DNA from: Vulcanimicrobiota bacterium
GTDB taxonomy: Bacteria; Vulcanimicrobiota; Vulcanimicrobiia; Vulcanimicrobiales; Vulcanimicrobiaceae
Assembly: GCA_963723515.1 (NCBI GenBank)
Contig: CAVRQT010000003.1
Coordinates: 96,001-160,000, forward strand
Direction of reading: 5' to 3'
DNA: 64,000 bases
In this document: positions 28,017 to 37,579 of the stretch, piece by piece
Layout: each line of letters begins with the position of its first letter
Numbering within the stretch: position 1 is the first letter of the stretch
Position numbers and translations under genes: made by a program
Notes under the pieces: generated by a model
Database searches by the model: none
What the model was told of the DNA's origin: nothing
What the model saw: the letters and a program-made list of their open reading frames with translations, nothing else

Positions 28017-30644
28017 ATGGCATCGAACGTACGTTCGTTCATGGCTGACGTCTTCGGAACGCTGCACCCGATCGTGGCGGGCTGGTGCCGCGAGCACTTG
28101 GTTGAGCCCACGATGCCGCAGCGAGAGGCGCTGCCTCTGGGCGTCAAACTGCGCACCTTTCTGCTCTCATCTCCAACGGGCACCGGCAAGACCTTAGCCG
28201 CCTTTCTTCCTTTAATGAGCCGCTTAGCGGAACGCCGCGACGCCGATGAGTTGCTGCCGCGGACCTACGGCCTCTACGTCTCTCCTCTCCGGGCGCTCAG
28301 TTATGACGTCGAGCACAATCTGCGCGTGCCGTTGCGCGAAATGGGGTTGCTCGAGCGGCCCAATTCGGAGCGCGCCAAGCTCCGAAGGGGCCGCATCCGC
28401 GAATCAGTGGTCCGCACGGCGGTTCGAACGAGCGACACGCCGCTGGAAGAACGCCGCCTCATGCTCAGACGGCCTCCGCATCTGTTGCTGACGACGCCGG
28501 AATCGCTTGCGGTCATGCTGGCGATGGACTCCTATCGTAAGGCCCTTCGATTTGTTGAAACCGTGGTGGTTGATGAGGTACATGCGCTCGGCGGCAATAA
28601 GCGCGGCGCGCAACTGAGCCTGCTCTTAGAGTCGCTTGAGGAGTTGGTTGCCGCACCGTTCAATCGCATCGGGCTCTCCGCGACTGCCAGCCCGCTCGAA
28701 CGCATCGCCGAATTCTTGGCCGGCGTCGGACGCGCATGTGAGATCGTTGACGCTCGCGGTTTGCGTTCGGTTCAGGTGCGTGTCGATGCGCCCTTCGAAG
28801 GTGCAATGGCGCCGCTCGCAACGGTTGCGCGCGCCGCTTCTGATCTTACGCGCGAGGTCCGCTCCGCGCTCGTCTTCACGAACGTTCGCAGTCAAGCGGA
28901 GCTGATCGGCCACGAGATGGCGCAGCTCGAGGAGGTGCCCGAGCACGTTGAAATCGCCGGCGACGTTCCTCGGCGTCGCGAGGGAACGCGCATCGGCGTC
29001 CATCATAGTGCGCTCGAACGGAACGTCCGCCATCGGATCGAGGCCGCGTTGCGCGACGGAAAGTTGCACACCGTCGTCTGCAGTTCGAGCTTAGAACTGG
29101 GGGTCGACATCGGCTTCATGGATCGCGTCATCATCGTTGGCGGAGCGCGCGGCATTACGGCGACGCTGCAGCGTATTGGACGATCGGGGCACCGCCCGAA
29201 CGCAATCGCGGATGGTGTCGTGATCGCTCAAGATCGCGATGATATCATTGAAGCGGCGGCGACCAAACGGTGCATTGCCGACGGCACGATCGAAGCGATT
29301 GAAATACCCGCTGCACCGCTCGACGTGCTCGCGCAATGGCTCGTCGGAAGCGTCGTACCTCGCCGTCGAGCGCAGGTGAACGATCTGTTGCGAATCGCTC
29401 GCCGAGCGTATCCGTTCCGCGAACTTGAAGAATCGGATCTGCGCGCTTGCGCGCGGTATCTCTCCGGCCAAGGCGTCGGCTCCGAGCGGGCGCACGTGCG
29501 GCGCATCGGCTATGACGGGCATGCGCTCTATGGACTTGGACGCGATGTGTCAGCAGCATTCTTTGAAAATGTCGGAACGATTCCGGACGAGGCGCAGACC
29601 GTCGTCCGCGCACGCGAGGGCACCGACATCGGCCGTGTCGAGGAAGCGTTTCGGGATCAACTGCACGTCGGTGATGTCTTGCTGCTCGCCGGGCGAACGT
29701 TTGAAATCAAGGAAGTCCGTCGAGGGGGAGTTGTCGTTGAACCGGTCTCCGCGAAGCCGACCGTCCCGCAGTGGAGCTCGCATCTGCGCGGTATTTCGAA
29801 GCCGCTGGCGCTTGAAATCGATCGCCTTCGCAGCGGTGTAGCGCAGCGTTTAACGAGCACCTCTGCGGCTCGCGAGTGGTTGCAGCGCCGATACGGCTTG
29901 CGGGAATGGGAAGCGCGCCACGTCGTTGGATACCTCGCGCAGCAAGCCGCGATCTCTGCGATTCCGCAGCTGCAAGAGCCGATCGTCGAGATCTATCGGA
30001 TGAGCGGCCGCCAAACCGCCGTCTTTCACACCGGCGCCGGGCGCCGGATCAACGAAACGCTCGGGCGCGCTGTCGGCGCACGGCTCTTCCGATTTGCCCG
30101 GACCAATACGCAGCTGACAACCGACGACGGCGGCTTCATGCTGACCTTACCGCGCGGCAAAACGATTCCGGACGCCGTCTGGGCGTCGATGCTGCACGTG
30201 GAGCATTTCGAGCGCGATCTGCTCGAAGGTCTGCAATCGTCGCATCTGATCAAGACGAACTTCCGCTACGTTGCAAACACCGGACTCTTAGTGCTGCGGC
30301 GTGCCGGTGGTCGAGCGCTGCGGCGCCGCGCGCTCTCATGGAATGCGGCCGAAATTCTGGGGCGCGTGAAGAACGCCGATCCCGATTTCGTCTTGTTGCG
30401 GGAAACCATCCGCACCGTCACTCGTGATCTGCTCGATGCGCCCGGCGCGCTCGAATATCTCAATGCGCTCAAAGGTGAGCCGCGCGTTCTGCATCCGCCG
30501 GCTGCCTCGCCGTTTACATTCGGGATCGTCACGTCGAGCTTCGGCGATTCGATCGTCTTGGAGGAGCGGACGACGATGGTGGAAGCGCTTCACGAACGCG
30601 TGCTAGCCCTTCGGCCCCGCTCAGGACAGGCCTTGGCGCAATGA
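28017..30644 (+). CDS. lhr: Lhr-core SF2 helicase
   Basis: SPTGTGKTLAAF, YVSPLRAL, TTPESL, VDEVH, GLSAT, HHSAL, SSLELGVDIG, QRIGRSGH, GTIPD, P.WSS. Confidence 0.93.
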   Translation: MASNVRSFMADVFGTLHPIVAGWCREHLVEPTMPQREALPLGVKLRTFLLSSPTGTGKTLAAFLPLMSRLAERRDADELLPRTYGLYVSPLRALSYDVEHNLRVPLREMGLLERPNSERAKLRRGRIRESVVRTAVRTSDTPLEERRLMLRRPPHLLLTTPESLAVMLAMDSYRKALRFVETVVVDEVHALGGNKRGAQLSLLLESLEELVAAPFNRIGLSATASPLERIAEFLAGVGRACEIVDARGLRSVQVRVDAPFEGAMAPLATVARAASDLTREVRSALVFTNVRSQAELIGHEMAQLEEVPEHVEIAGDVPRRREGTRIGVHHSALERNVRHRIEAALRDGKLHTVVCSSSLELGVDIGFMDRVIIVGGARGITATLQRIGRSGHRPNAIADGVVIAQDRDDIIEAAATKRCIADGTIEAIEIPAAPLDVLAQWLVGSVVPRRRAQVNDLLRIARRAYPFRELEESDLRACARYLSGQGVGSERAHVRRIGYDGHALYGLGRDVSAAFFENVGTIPDEAQTVVRAREGTDIGRVEEAFRDQLHVGDVLLLAGRTFEIKEVRRGGVVVEPVSAKPTVPQWSSHLRGISKPLALEIDRLRSGVAQRLTSTSAAREWLQRRYGLREWEARHVVGYLAQQAAISAIPQLQEPIVEIYRMSGRQTAVFHTGAGRRINETLGRAVGARLFRFARTNTQLTTDDGGFMLTLPRGKTIPDAVWASMLHVEHFERDLLEGLQSSHLIKTNFRYVANTGLLVLRRAGGRALRRRALSWNAAEILGRVKNADPDFVLLRETIRTVTRDLLDAPGALEYLNALKGEPRVLHPPAASPFTFGIVTSSFGDSIVLEERTTMVEALHERVLALRPRSGQALAQ
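30607..30631 (+). repeat. Degenerate REP-like unit inside the 3' end of lhr
   Basis: CCCTTCGGCCCCGCTCAGGACAGGC resembles the 24-bp unit (CTTCG..GCTCAG..CAGGC). Confidence 0.5.
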
Positions 30645-31399
30645 CGGCGTCGCAGCAGCTCCAACAGCATCAACTTTTCGCCGGCGTCGCAGCCCTTAGC
30701 AGCGGCATGCTGTGGTTTGAGGCCACACGCACCCTGGTTGGCGCCGACGTGCATCTCGGCTACGAGGAGGTAATCGGCGGAGCGCTGCCCCTGTGGAGCA
30801 CGACGCCATCGATCGATGCGCTATGCGACGCCGCGAGGCAGTTGCAAGCGCAGCACGTCGTGCTTTTAGGCGACGTTATTCACGGCGTTGAGATGAGCGA
30901 CGGTGCCAGACGGCGCATTACGCGCGCGCTGCGAACGCTCCGGTCGCGCGCGCACTTGCAGATCATCGCCGGGAACCACGAAGGAAGATCGCGCGGCGTC
31001 GCCGTTCTCGGAGAAACGTACGAACGGCTGGAAAGCAACGGCTGGGTGCTGATGCACGGCGACCGTCCGACGAACGAGAATCGCGCGGTCATCGGCCATC
31101 TTCACCCGAGCATTCACTTGGGCGGCGGCCAATCGGTACCCGTGTTCTTGGCATCACCGCAACTGATCGTCGTGCCGGCGATGACACCGTATTCGATCGG
31201 CCTCGACGTCCGCTCCGATGATTGTGCTGCCTCACTTGCGATGTGGCGCCTGCGCCCCAGTGATTTTCAGGTTATCGCCTCGGTGCCATCGGGTCTGTTT
31301 GCATTGGGAAGTTTGGCGGCGCTGCGTTCCGCGCAGCATCGGTCGGATGGTGCATCCGGGCGAGGATTTCATCGAAAATTTCTGCAGCCGGATCGCTAG
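30641..31399 (+). CDS. Lhr-associated metallophosphoesterase (MPE/PdeM-like endonuclease)
   Basis: ADVHLG, LLGDVIH, AGNHE, MHGD, GHLHP; ATGA overlap with lhr. Confidence 0.85.
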   Translation: MTASQQLQQHQLFAGVAALSSGMLWFEATRTLVGADVHLGYEEVIGGALPLWSTTPSIDALCDAARQLQAQHVVLLGDVIHGVEMSDGARRRITRALRTLRSRAHLQIIAGNHEGRSRGVAVLGETYERLESNGWVLMHGDRPTNENRAVIGHLHPSIHLGGGQSVPVFLASPQLIVVPAMTPYSIGLDVRSDDCAASLAMWRLRPSDFQVIASVPSGLFALGSLAALRSAQHRSDGASGRGFHRKFLQPDR

Positions 31400-31935
31400 C
31401 GTAGGGTATCGAGTATCGTATAGACGGCGGCCACTTGGGTTGCCGATTCGATCGCGCCACGGCGCAGCAAATCGTGCAGTTGAGCGAGCGACACGACTTC
31501 GACCTCGATGTCTTCAGCCGGATCGAGTTTCTGCGCGAGCTCGTGGCGCACGCCGCGAGCGAGAAACAGGTGCATCAGCGTCGTTGAATTGGTAGGATCC
31601 GGAACGAAGGTTCGAACGAGCTCGAGCGAGTCGGCGACATAGCCGGTTTCCTCAGCCAATTCGCGCACGGCGGCTTCCTGCGGCGACTCGCCGTCGTCGA
31701 TAAAGCCGCTCGGTAACTCCAGCACGGAGCGTCGAATGCCGTACTTGAATTGCCGCACCAGAATGACTTTTTCGTCATTCGTGAGAGCAAAGATCGAGCT
31801 GAAGCCGCGCGTTTCACGAACGTAGTAGTCGTCGATGATCGCGCCGCTGGCCAGTTCGATCGTGTCTTTGCGCAATCGCATGTACGGTGAATCGATCACA
31901 TACGAGGACGCCAGCACCCGCCATTTGTGGTTCAT
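31396..31935 (-). CDS. NUDIX hydrolase (ADP-ribose pyrophosphatase-like)
   Basis: GFIDDGESPQEAAVRELAEETGY Nudix box; VRQFK, LELP. Confidence 0.9.
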   Translation of the reverse strand: MNHKWRVLASSYVIDSPYMRLRKDTIELASGAIIDDYYVRETRGFSSIFALTNDEKVILVRQFKYGIRRSVLELPSGFIDDGESPQEAAVRELAEETGYVADSLELVRTFVPDPTNSTTLMHLFLARGVRHELAQKLDPAEDIEVEVVSLAQLHDLLRRGAIESATQVAAVYTILDTLR

Positions 31936-32025
31936 GATCGCTCTGCAACATTCCCCATGGAGCGGCGCGATACACATGTTGGTGGTAAGGACCGCCGGAC
32001 CCCGTTCGTCAAACGGAATTCAATC

Positions 32026-33670
32026 ATGCAACGAATAGCTGTGGTTGGAGCAGGGACGATGGGCGCGGGCATCGCGCTGACCGCGGCGATCGCCGGCTTC
32101 GACGTCGATCTTGTGGAGATCGACGCGGCGATCCGCGAGCGCGCAGGCGAGCGCTTGAAGCGCGACTCGCAACGCCTCGGCCGCTCCGATGCGCTGTCGC
32201 GCATTCAGATGTGGGGCTCGATCGCCGAGCTTCGTGCGGTCGAGCTGGCGATCGAGGCGGTTCCTGAAAATCTCGCTCTCAAGCAGCAGGTGTTCACACA
32301 ACTCGAGCAACGCTTAGGCGATCGCGCGATTCTCGCGACAAATACGTCGTCGCTCAGCGTTACCGAAATCGGCGACGCACTTGCCGATCCCGGCCGGTTG
32401 ATCGGCCTGCATTTCTTCAATCCGGCGGCCGTGATGAAGCTCGTCGAAGTTGTTAAGACGAATCGCAATGACGAGACCGTTGTAGAGATCGGCCGCGCAT
32501 TTGTGCAGTCGCTCGGCAAGACCGCAGTACTTACCGCCGATACACCGGGCTTCATCGTTAATCGCGTCGCACGCCCGTACTATCTTCAAGCGTTGCGTGC
32601 GTTGGATGCCGGGCCGGCCGAGATCGCGGATCTCGATCTCTTGGCGCGCGGCGCCGGCTTTCGCATGGGCCCGTTCGAATTGATGGATCTGATCGGCTTA
32701 GACGTCAATCTCGCGACGACGGAATCGATATACGAGCGAACGGAAGCGGCGCGCTTTGGGCCGGTGCCGCGTCAGCAGAAGATGGTCGCGGAGAAGAAGC
32801 TAGGTCGAAAGACCGGGCGAGGGTTTCTACAGCGTACGAAAGCGATCGGGGTAACGCGATCGGCGCCAATTACGGCGCCTGAGCCGCCGGCTCGTAATGA
32901 AGATGAAATGATTGTCGTCCTCGGCTTCGGCGACAATCGCGGAGACGATTGCTTCGTACGTTGCAGCAGACGTATGCAAACGTTCAGCAGATCCAGACCG
33001 ACATTGGGCCCGATGATGCATTTCGACGGACCTTGACGCTGAGCCGACGATCGTCTTCGATATCGGTGACGGCGTCTCAGATCGCATCAGCGGCGCTGGC
33101 CGAGATCGAAAACCTTATTTCGGATGATGCGGTTATCTTCTTTGATGCCTATGCGACGCCGATGCGAAGCATTGCCAAGCGCTTGAAGCACCCCGAGATG
33201 GTTGTCGGATACGGCATCGTTGGATCGTTGGAACGACAAGCCGTCGTCGAAATCGTTGATGCGGACGCAACGGATGATGATGCGCTGGCGCTTGCCGAAG
33301 AAATTTTCGCTGCGCTCGGCAAGCAGCACGATGCTCGTGGCGAGTTCCAGCGACTGTTTTTGGGGCGCGTTATCGGTTCGATTGTCAGCGAAGCAGTATA
33401 TGCGGTACAGGACGGCGTCGCTGCGCGTGATGACATCGATCTGGCGATGCAACTCGGCACGAACTATCCAATTGGCCCGATCTCGTGGGGCACAGAGATC
33501 GGCGCGTGAGCGCATCGCGCGAATGCTCGACGCAATTGGCGAATGCCGAAGGAAAGGAATTCGGGCCGGCCCGCGCGCTTGTGGGCGATGGATGCGCAGA
33601 GCGGAGCGGTGCGAGCAGATGGCCGAAGACAAATCGAGGTCAGCACCATGCGTACGGCACGGAGTTCTAA
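32026..33670 (+). CDS. paaH: 3-hydroxyacyl-CoA dehydrogenase (PaaH-type, two-domain), multiple frameshifts at 32830-33600
   Basis: VVGAGTMGAGIA, TNTSSLS, GLHFFNPA, GFIVNRVARPYY, MGPFELMDLIG; second domain IDLAMQLGTNYP.GP; end approximate. Confidence 0.82.
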
Positions 33671-33680
33671 CGGCCATAAC

Positions 33681-34871
33681 ATGAGAGACGTTGTCATCGT
33701 CGATGCGGTTCGCACGCCGATCGGGCGGTATGGCGGCGCGTTGGCAGGGGCGCGCCCCGATGATTTGGCGGCGACCGTCGTTAAGGCGCTTGTTGAGCGC
33801 ACCGGTGTCGATCCCGCAGCGATCGAAGATGTCTTCTTCGGCGCTGCGAACCAAAGTGGTGAAGATAACCGCAACGTTGGCCGGATGGCGGCGATCCTTG
33901 CAGGTTTGCCGTTAGATGTCGCGGGGGCGACGTTCAATCGGTTGTGCGGCAGCAGCCTGCAAGCGATCAACTCAGCCGCGCAAGCCATTGCATGGGGCGA
34001 TGGTGACGTCATCATCGCGGGCGGGGTCGAATCGATGACGCGCGCGCCGTTTGTACAACTGAAGTCGGAGCGCGCATTCGAACGTTCACCCCAAGTGTTT
34101 GATACGACGATCGGGTGGCGGATGATCAATCGCTCCATGCCCCACGAATATACAATCGCGCTCGGCGCAACGGCTGAGAACGTTGCCGAGCGCTATAAGA
34201 TCTCTCGTGAAGAGCAAGATCGATTCGCCTTCGAGTCGCAGCGTAAGACGAAGGCGGCCGTTGAGAGGGGCTGCTTCGATGATGAGTTGGTTCCCGTTAC
34301 GGTTGCACATGGAAAGCAGACAAGCGAAGTTGTCGCCGACGAACATCCACGGCCGCAGACGTCGCTCGAAGATTTGGCGCGACTGAAACCGGCTTTTAAA
34401 GAAGGCGGCACGGTGACCGCCGGAAATTCATCGGGGATCAACGATGGCGCGGCGGCGATCTTGCTGTGTGAAGCGCAAGCCGCAAAGCAATTTGGTTTTC
34501 GGCCGCTTGCCCGCATCGTCGCATCCGGCGTGGCCGGCGTTGACCCGCGCTTTATGGGCTTAGGACCGATTCCGGCGACGAAGAAGGCGTTACAGCGGGC
34601 TGGACTGCGGATGGAAGACGTCGATCTGGTTGAGATCAACGAAGCTTTTGCCTCGCAGTCGATCGCATGTCTGCGCGACCTAGAGATCGATCCCGCGAAG
34701 GCGAATCCGAACGGCGGCGCGATTGCGTTGGGACATCCGCTTGGAGCAAGCGGCGCGCGGATCATGACGACGCTCGTGCATGAGCTCCGCCGCCAAAACC
34801 TGCGCTACGGCGTGGCGACGATGTGCGTCGGAGTCGGGCAAGGAATAACGACAGTCATTGAAAGGTTGTAG
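33681..34871 (+). CDS. paaJ: 3-oxoadipyl-CoA thiolase (PaaJ/PcaF-type)
   Basis: ANQSGEDNRNVGRM, NRLCGS, DTTIGWR, NEAFA, GHPLGASG, CVGVGQG. Confidence 0.9.
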   Translation: MRDVVIVDAVRTPIGRYGGALAGARPDDLAATVVKALVERTGVDPAAIEDVFFGAANQSGEDNRNVGRMAAILAGLPLDVAGATFNRLCGSSLQAINSAAQAIAWGDGDVIIAGGVESMTRAPFVQLKSERAFERSPQVFDTTIGWRMINRSMPHEYTIALGATAENVAERYKISREEQDRFAFESQRKTKAAVERGCFDDELVPVTVAHGKQTSEVVADEHPRPQTSLEDLARLKPAFKEGGTVTAGNSSGINDGAAAILLCEAQAAKQFGFRPLARIVASGVAGVDPRFMGLGPIPATKKALQRAGLRMEDVDLVEINEAFASQSIACLRDLEIDPAKANPNGGAIALGHPLGASGARIMTTLVHELRRQNLRYGVATMCVGVGQGITTVIERL

Positions 34872-34874
34872 AAG

Positions 34875-36350
34875 ATAACAAAGACACAACTGCTCATTGC
34901 CGGCGATTGGCGCGACGCCGCCGAGGGCGCCTCGTACGTCGATCGCAATCCGGCGACGAGCGAAGAGCTTGCGCAGGTCGCGAGCGCCTCTGCTGCCGAT
35001 GTCGATCGCGCGGTGCAAGCCGCGCGTAAGGCCTTGGAGAGCGGGAAGTGGGCCACAATGGCCGCCTCGCGTCGCGCGAAGATCGTCTACAAGGTCGCGC
35101 AGTTGATCGCGGAGCGCGCAGAGGAGCTGGCTCTGCTTGAAGTTCGCGACAACGGCAAGACGATCGCCACGGCCAAAGGCGAGCTGAGCGCGATTATCGA
35201 CACGTTCGAATTTTACGCCGGTGCCGCGACCAAGAACTACGGTTCGACGTTACCTGCGCCTGTGCCGAACTACGTAGCGCACACGCTTGTCGAGCCGGTC
35301 GGCGTCGTAGGAGCAATCGTGCCGTGGAATTTTCCGTTGCTGCTTGCGAGTTGGAAGGTTGCACCGGCGCTTGCAACCGGCTGCACCGTCATCCTCAAGC
35401 CGGCATCCGCTACGCCGTTGACCGCACTCGAGCTTGGAAAAATTGGGCTTGAGGCCGGCCTCCCCGAAGGCGTCCTCAACATCCTTACCGGCCCCGGATC
35501 GGAACTGGGGCAAGCGCTCGTGGAGCATCCGGGGATCGACAAGATTGCGTTCACCGGAAGCACGTCGGTCGGCAAACGCGTCGCAAGCACGGCGGCGCAA
35601 ACGCTCAAACGAGTGACCCTCGAGCTCGGCGGAAAATCGCCGTCGCTTGTCTTCGACGATGCGGATGTTGATGCGGCGATCAACGGCGCGCTCTACGGTA
35701 TCTTCTACAACGCCGGACAAACATGCGAAGCACGTTCACGGGTTCTCGTTCACGAAGCAATCTACGATCAGTTCGTAAGTCGCTTCGGTGAGCAGGCGCA
35801 GAAGTTACGCATCGGCGACCCCGAGGATGCAAAGACGCAGATCGGCGCGATCACGGTCGAAGAGCAGCTCGAAAAGATTGCGGCCTACTGCGTATCCGGT
35901 GAAAAGGAAGGCGCGAAACGTCTGTTTGGCGGTCGTCGAGCCGCCGTCGGCAACGGGCAAGAGCGTGGAATGTTTTGGAGCGCTACGGCCTTTGAAGCCG
36001 AGCCCAACCATCGCATCGCGCAAGAGGAGATCTTTGGGCCGGTCGTCGTTTTCTTGAAATTCAAAACCGAGAGTGAGGCAATCGAGCTCGCGAACGATAG
36101 TGAATATGGCCTTGCCGCAAGCATCTGGTCAAAAGACATCAGCCGCGTCTATCGCGTTACGCGGGCGTTGCGCAGCGGCACCGTCGCAATCAACACGCCA
36201 TACGCGGTCTTTCCGGGCGTCCCGTTCGGCGGCTACAAGCGCTCCGGATACGGGCGGGAACTAGGACTAGAGACGATGCGCCTCTATTCTGAAACGAAGA
36301 GCGTTATAACGTATGTGGGCGAGAAACCCATAAATGCATTCGGGGTATAA
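34875..36350 (+). CDS. Aldehyde dehydrogenase; apparent non-canonical ATA start
   Basis: In-frame QLLIAGDW...NPAT upstream of the called GTG 35013; VPWNFP, FTGST, LELGGKSP, GQTCEA, EEIFGPV, PFGGYK.SG.GRE. Confidence 0.9.
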   Translation: MTKTQLLIAGDWRDAAEGASYVDRNPATSEELAQVASASAADVDRAVQAARKALESGKWATMAASRRAKIVYKVAQLIAERAEELALLEVRDNGKTIATAKGELSAIIDTFEFYAGAATKNYGSTLPAPVPNYVAHTLVEPVGVVGAIVPWNFPLLLASWKVAPALATGCTVILKPASATPLTALELGKIGLEAGLPEGVLNILTGPGSELGQALVEHPGIDKIAFTGSTSVGKRVASTAAQTLKRVTLELGGKSPSLVFDDADVDAAINGALYGIFYNAGQTCEARSRVLVHEAIYDQFVSRFGEQAQKLRIGDPEDAKTQIGAITVEEQLEKIAAYCVSGEKEGAKRLFGGRRAAVGNGQERGMFWSATAFEAEPNHRIAQEEIFGPVVVFLKFKTESEAIELANDSEYGLAASIWSKDISRVYRVTRALRSGTVAINTPYAVFPGVPFGGYKRSGYGRELGLETMRLYSETKSVITYVGEKPINAFGV

Positions 36351-36677
36351 ACGCACATCGAACAGCTAAAAATCGGACAGACCTACGAAACGACGTACGG
36401 CACGCTTTGGAAGGAAGGCACGTATTTTCCGCGCGGTACGAAGGTCGAGGTCGTCGGCGTTCATCTCGAGCAAGGATTTTGCGTGCGCTTTCCCGCGGAA
36501 GTTGATGGCGAGCCGCTCGAGACGTGGGAAGATTGGGCCGAATCCGATTTTCTCGCCGAAGAAGGCACCGTTGAACCGACGCAAACGATCTCTGCCTCGG
36601 TGCTCGCTGAAGCGCGCGAGGTGCTCAGCGATGCGGAAGACGGCTGTCACCTGCACCTTCACGAAGGCGAAGAGTAG
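36351..36677 (+). CDS. Small acidic hypothetical protein (about 108 aa); apparent ACG start
   Basis: Frame open from 36351 (THIEQLKIGQTYETTYG...) to TAG 36677; C-terminal CHLHLHEGEE. Confidence 0.6.
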   Translation, partial: THIEQLKIGQTYETTYGTLWKEGTYFPRGTKVEVVGVHLEQGFCVRFPAEVDGEPLETWEDWAESDFLAEEGTVEPTQTISASVLAEAREVLSDAEDGCHLHLHEGEE

Positions 36678-36689
36678 CGGTCGCGCGTC

Positions 36690-37511
36690 TTACAGCGCGC
36701 TCTTGAAGAACCGTTCGGCCTTCTGAGAAATCAAACCGTAATATTGCCGGAAGATCGCGGAGGCGACGCTGCCGGGCCAATGCGCCGGAAGCAACGCGCT
36801 GGGTAGTCCGGGATCGACATATAAGAATTTGCGAAAGTCCTGAACGAGTTGCAAGCGTTCGATGAATGCGTCGCGCTCGCTGAGCGCGCGAGCGGAGCGT
36901 TCTTTTTCAATCCGCGGTTCGTAGAATGCAACGAACTCGCGATACGCGGCGGCGATCGCCTCGACGTTCCAGCAGCGTTCCAGCAGATCGCGGTCGCCCA
37001 TGGGCCCCTCGTAGTCGGCGATGAAGAGTTGCACGTTGCCGGAGAGAGCGGGCTGCCTTGCGAGCTCTTGAATTTCGGCGCGAACGTCGCGCGGCGAGAT
37101 CCAAACCGCCGGCGCGAGCGGCGCAAAGCCGAGCAGCGCCAACTCTTTGCGCAAACGGTCCCGCAGTTGCCGCTGCTTTTCCGCAATGCCGTAAACGACG
37201 ATCCGCCAGCGTCCATCCCATTCACCTGCCGGTTCATAAATGCGCGGCGCAATATGTGCGATGCGGTTTGTGCCGTGTTCCGTAAGCGCGTATGAAGCGC
37301 GCCCGCCATCTCTTACGCGCGCGAGCCAGCCCTGTGCGGCCATCCGTGAAAGCGCTTGGCGCACTGCCTGTTCGCTGATGCCTAGCTCCGCCATCAGCCT
37401 CACCAAGCTGCCGACCGGCAGTCTGCCGTTGCACATCCGGCCGAAATCACCGTATAGCGTGAAGATGAGCGATGCGGCTCGAGCCGCCTTGACAGCCGTG
37501 GCGTTGCGCAT
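36690..37511 (-). CDS. paaX: PaaX-family transcriptional repressor
   Basis: SLIFTLYGDF, VRQALSRM..QGWL, WDGRW, LGFA, DPGLP.ALLP.HWPG. Confidence 0.9.
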   Translation of the reverse strand: MRNATAVKAARAASLIFTLYGDFGRMCNGRLPVGSLVRLMAELGISEQAVRQALSRMAAQGWLARVRDGGRASYALTEHGTNRIAHIAPRIYEPAGEWDGRWRIVVYGIAEKQRQLRDRLRKELALLGFAPLAPAVWISPRDVRAEIQELARQPALSGNVQLFIADYEGPMGDRDLLERCWNVEAIAAAYREFVAFYEPRIEKERSARALSERDAFIERLQLVQDFRKFLYVDPGLPSALLPAHWPGSVASAIFRQYYGLISQKAERFFKSAL

Positions 37512-37560
37512 GCTAGTATAACGTTATTCTCACGACATCACAAAATTCCGTCACAGCGAC
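37512..37560. promoter_or_regulatory. Divergent paaX/boxB control region with ATAACGTTAT palindrome
   Basis: Palindrome 37518-37527 overlapping a minus-strand TATACT 3 nt before the paaX ATG; three TCAC repeats follow. Confidence 0.5.
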
Positions 37561-37579
37561 GAGGAGACACTTCCGAACG

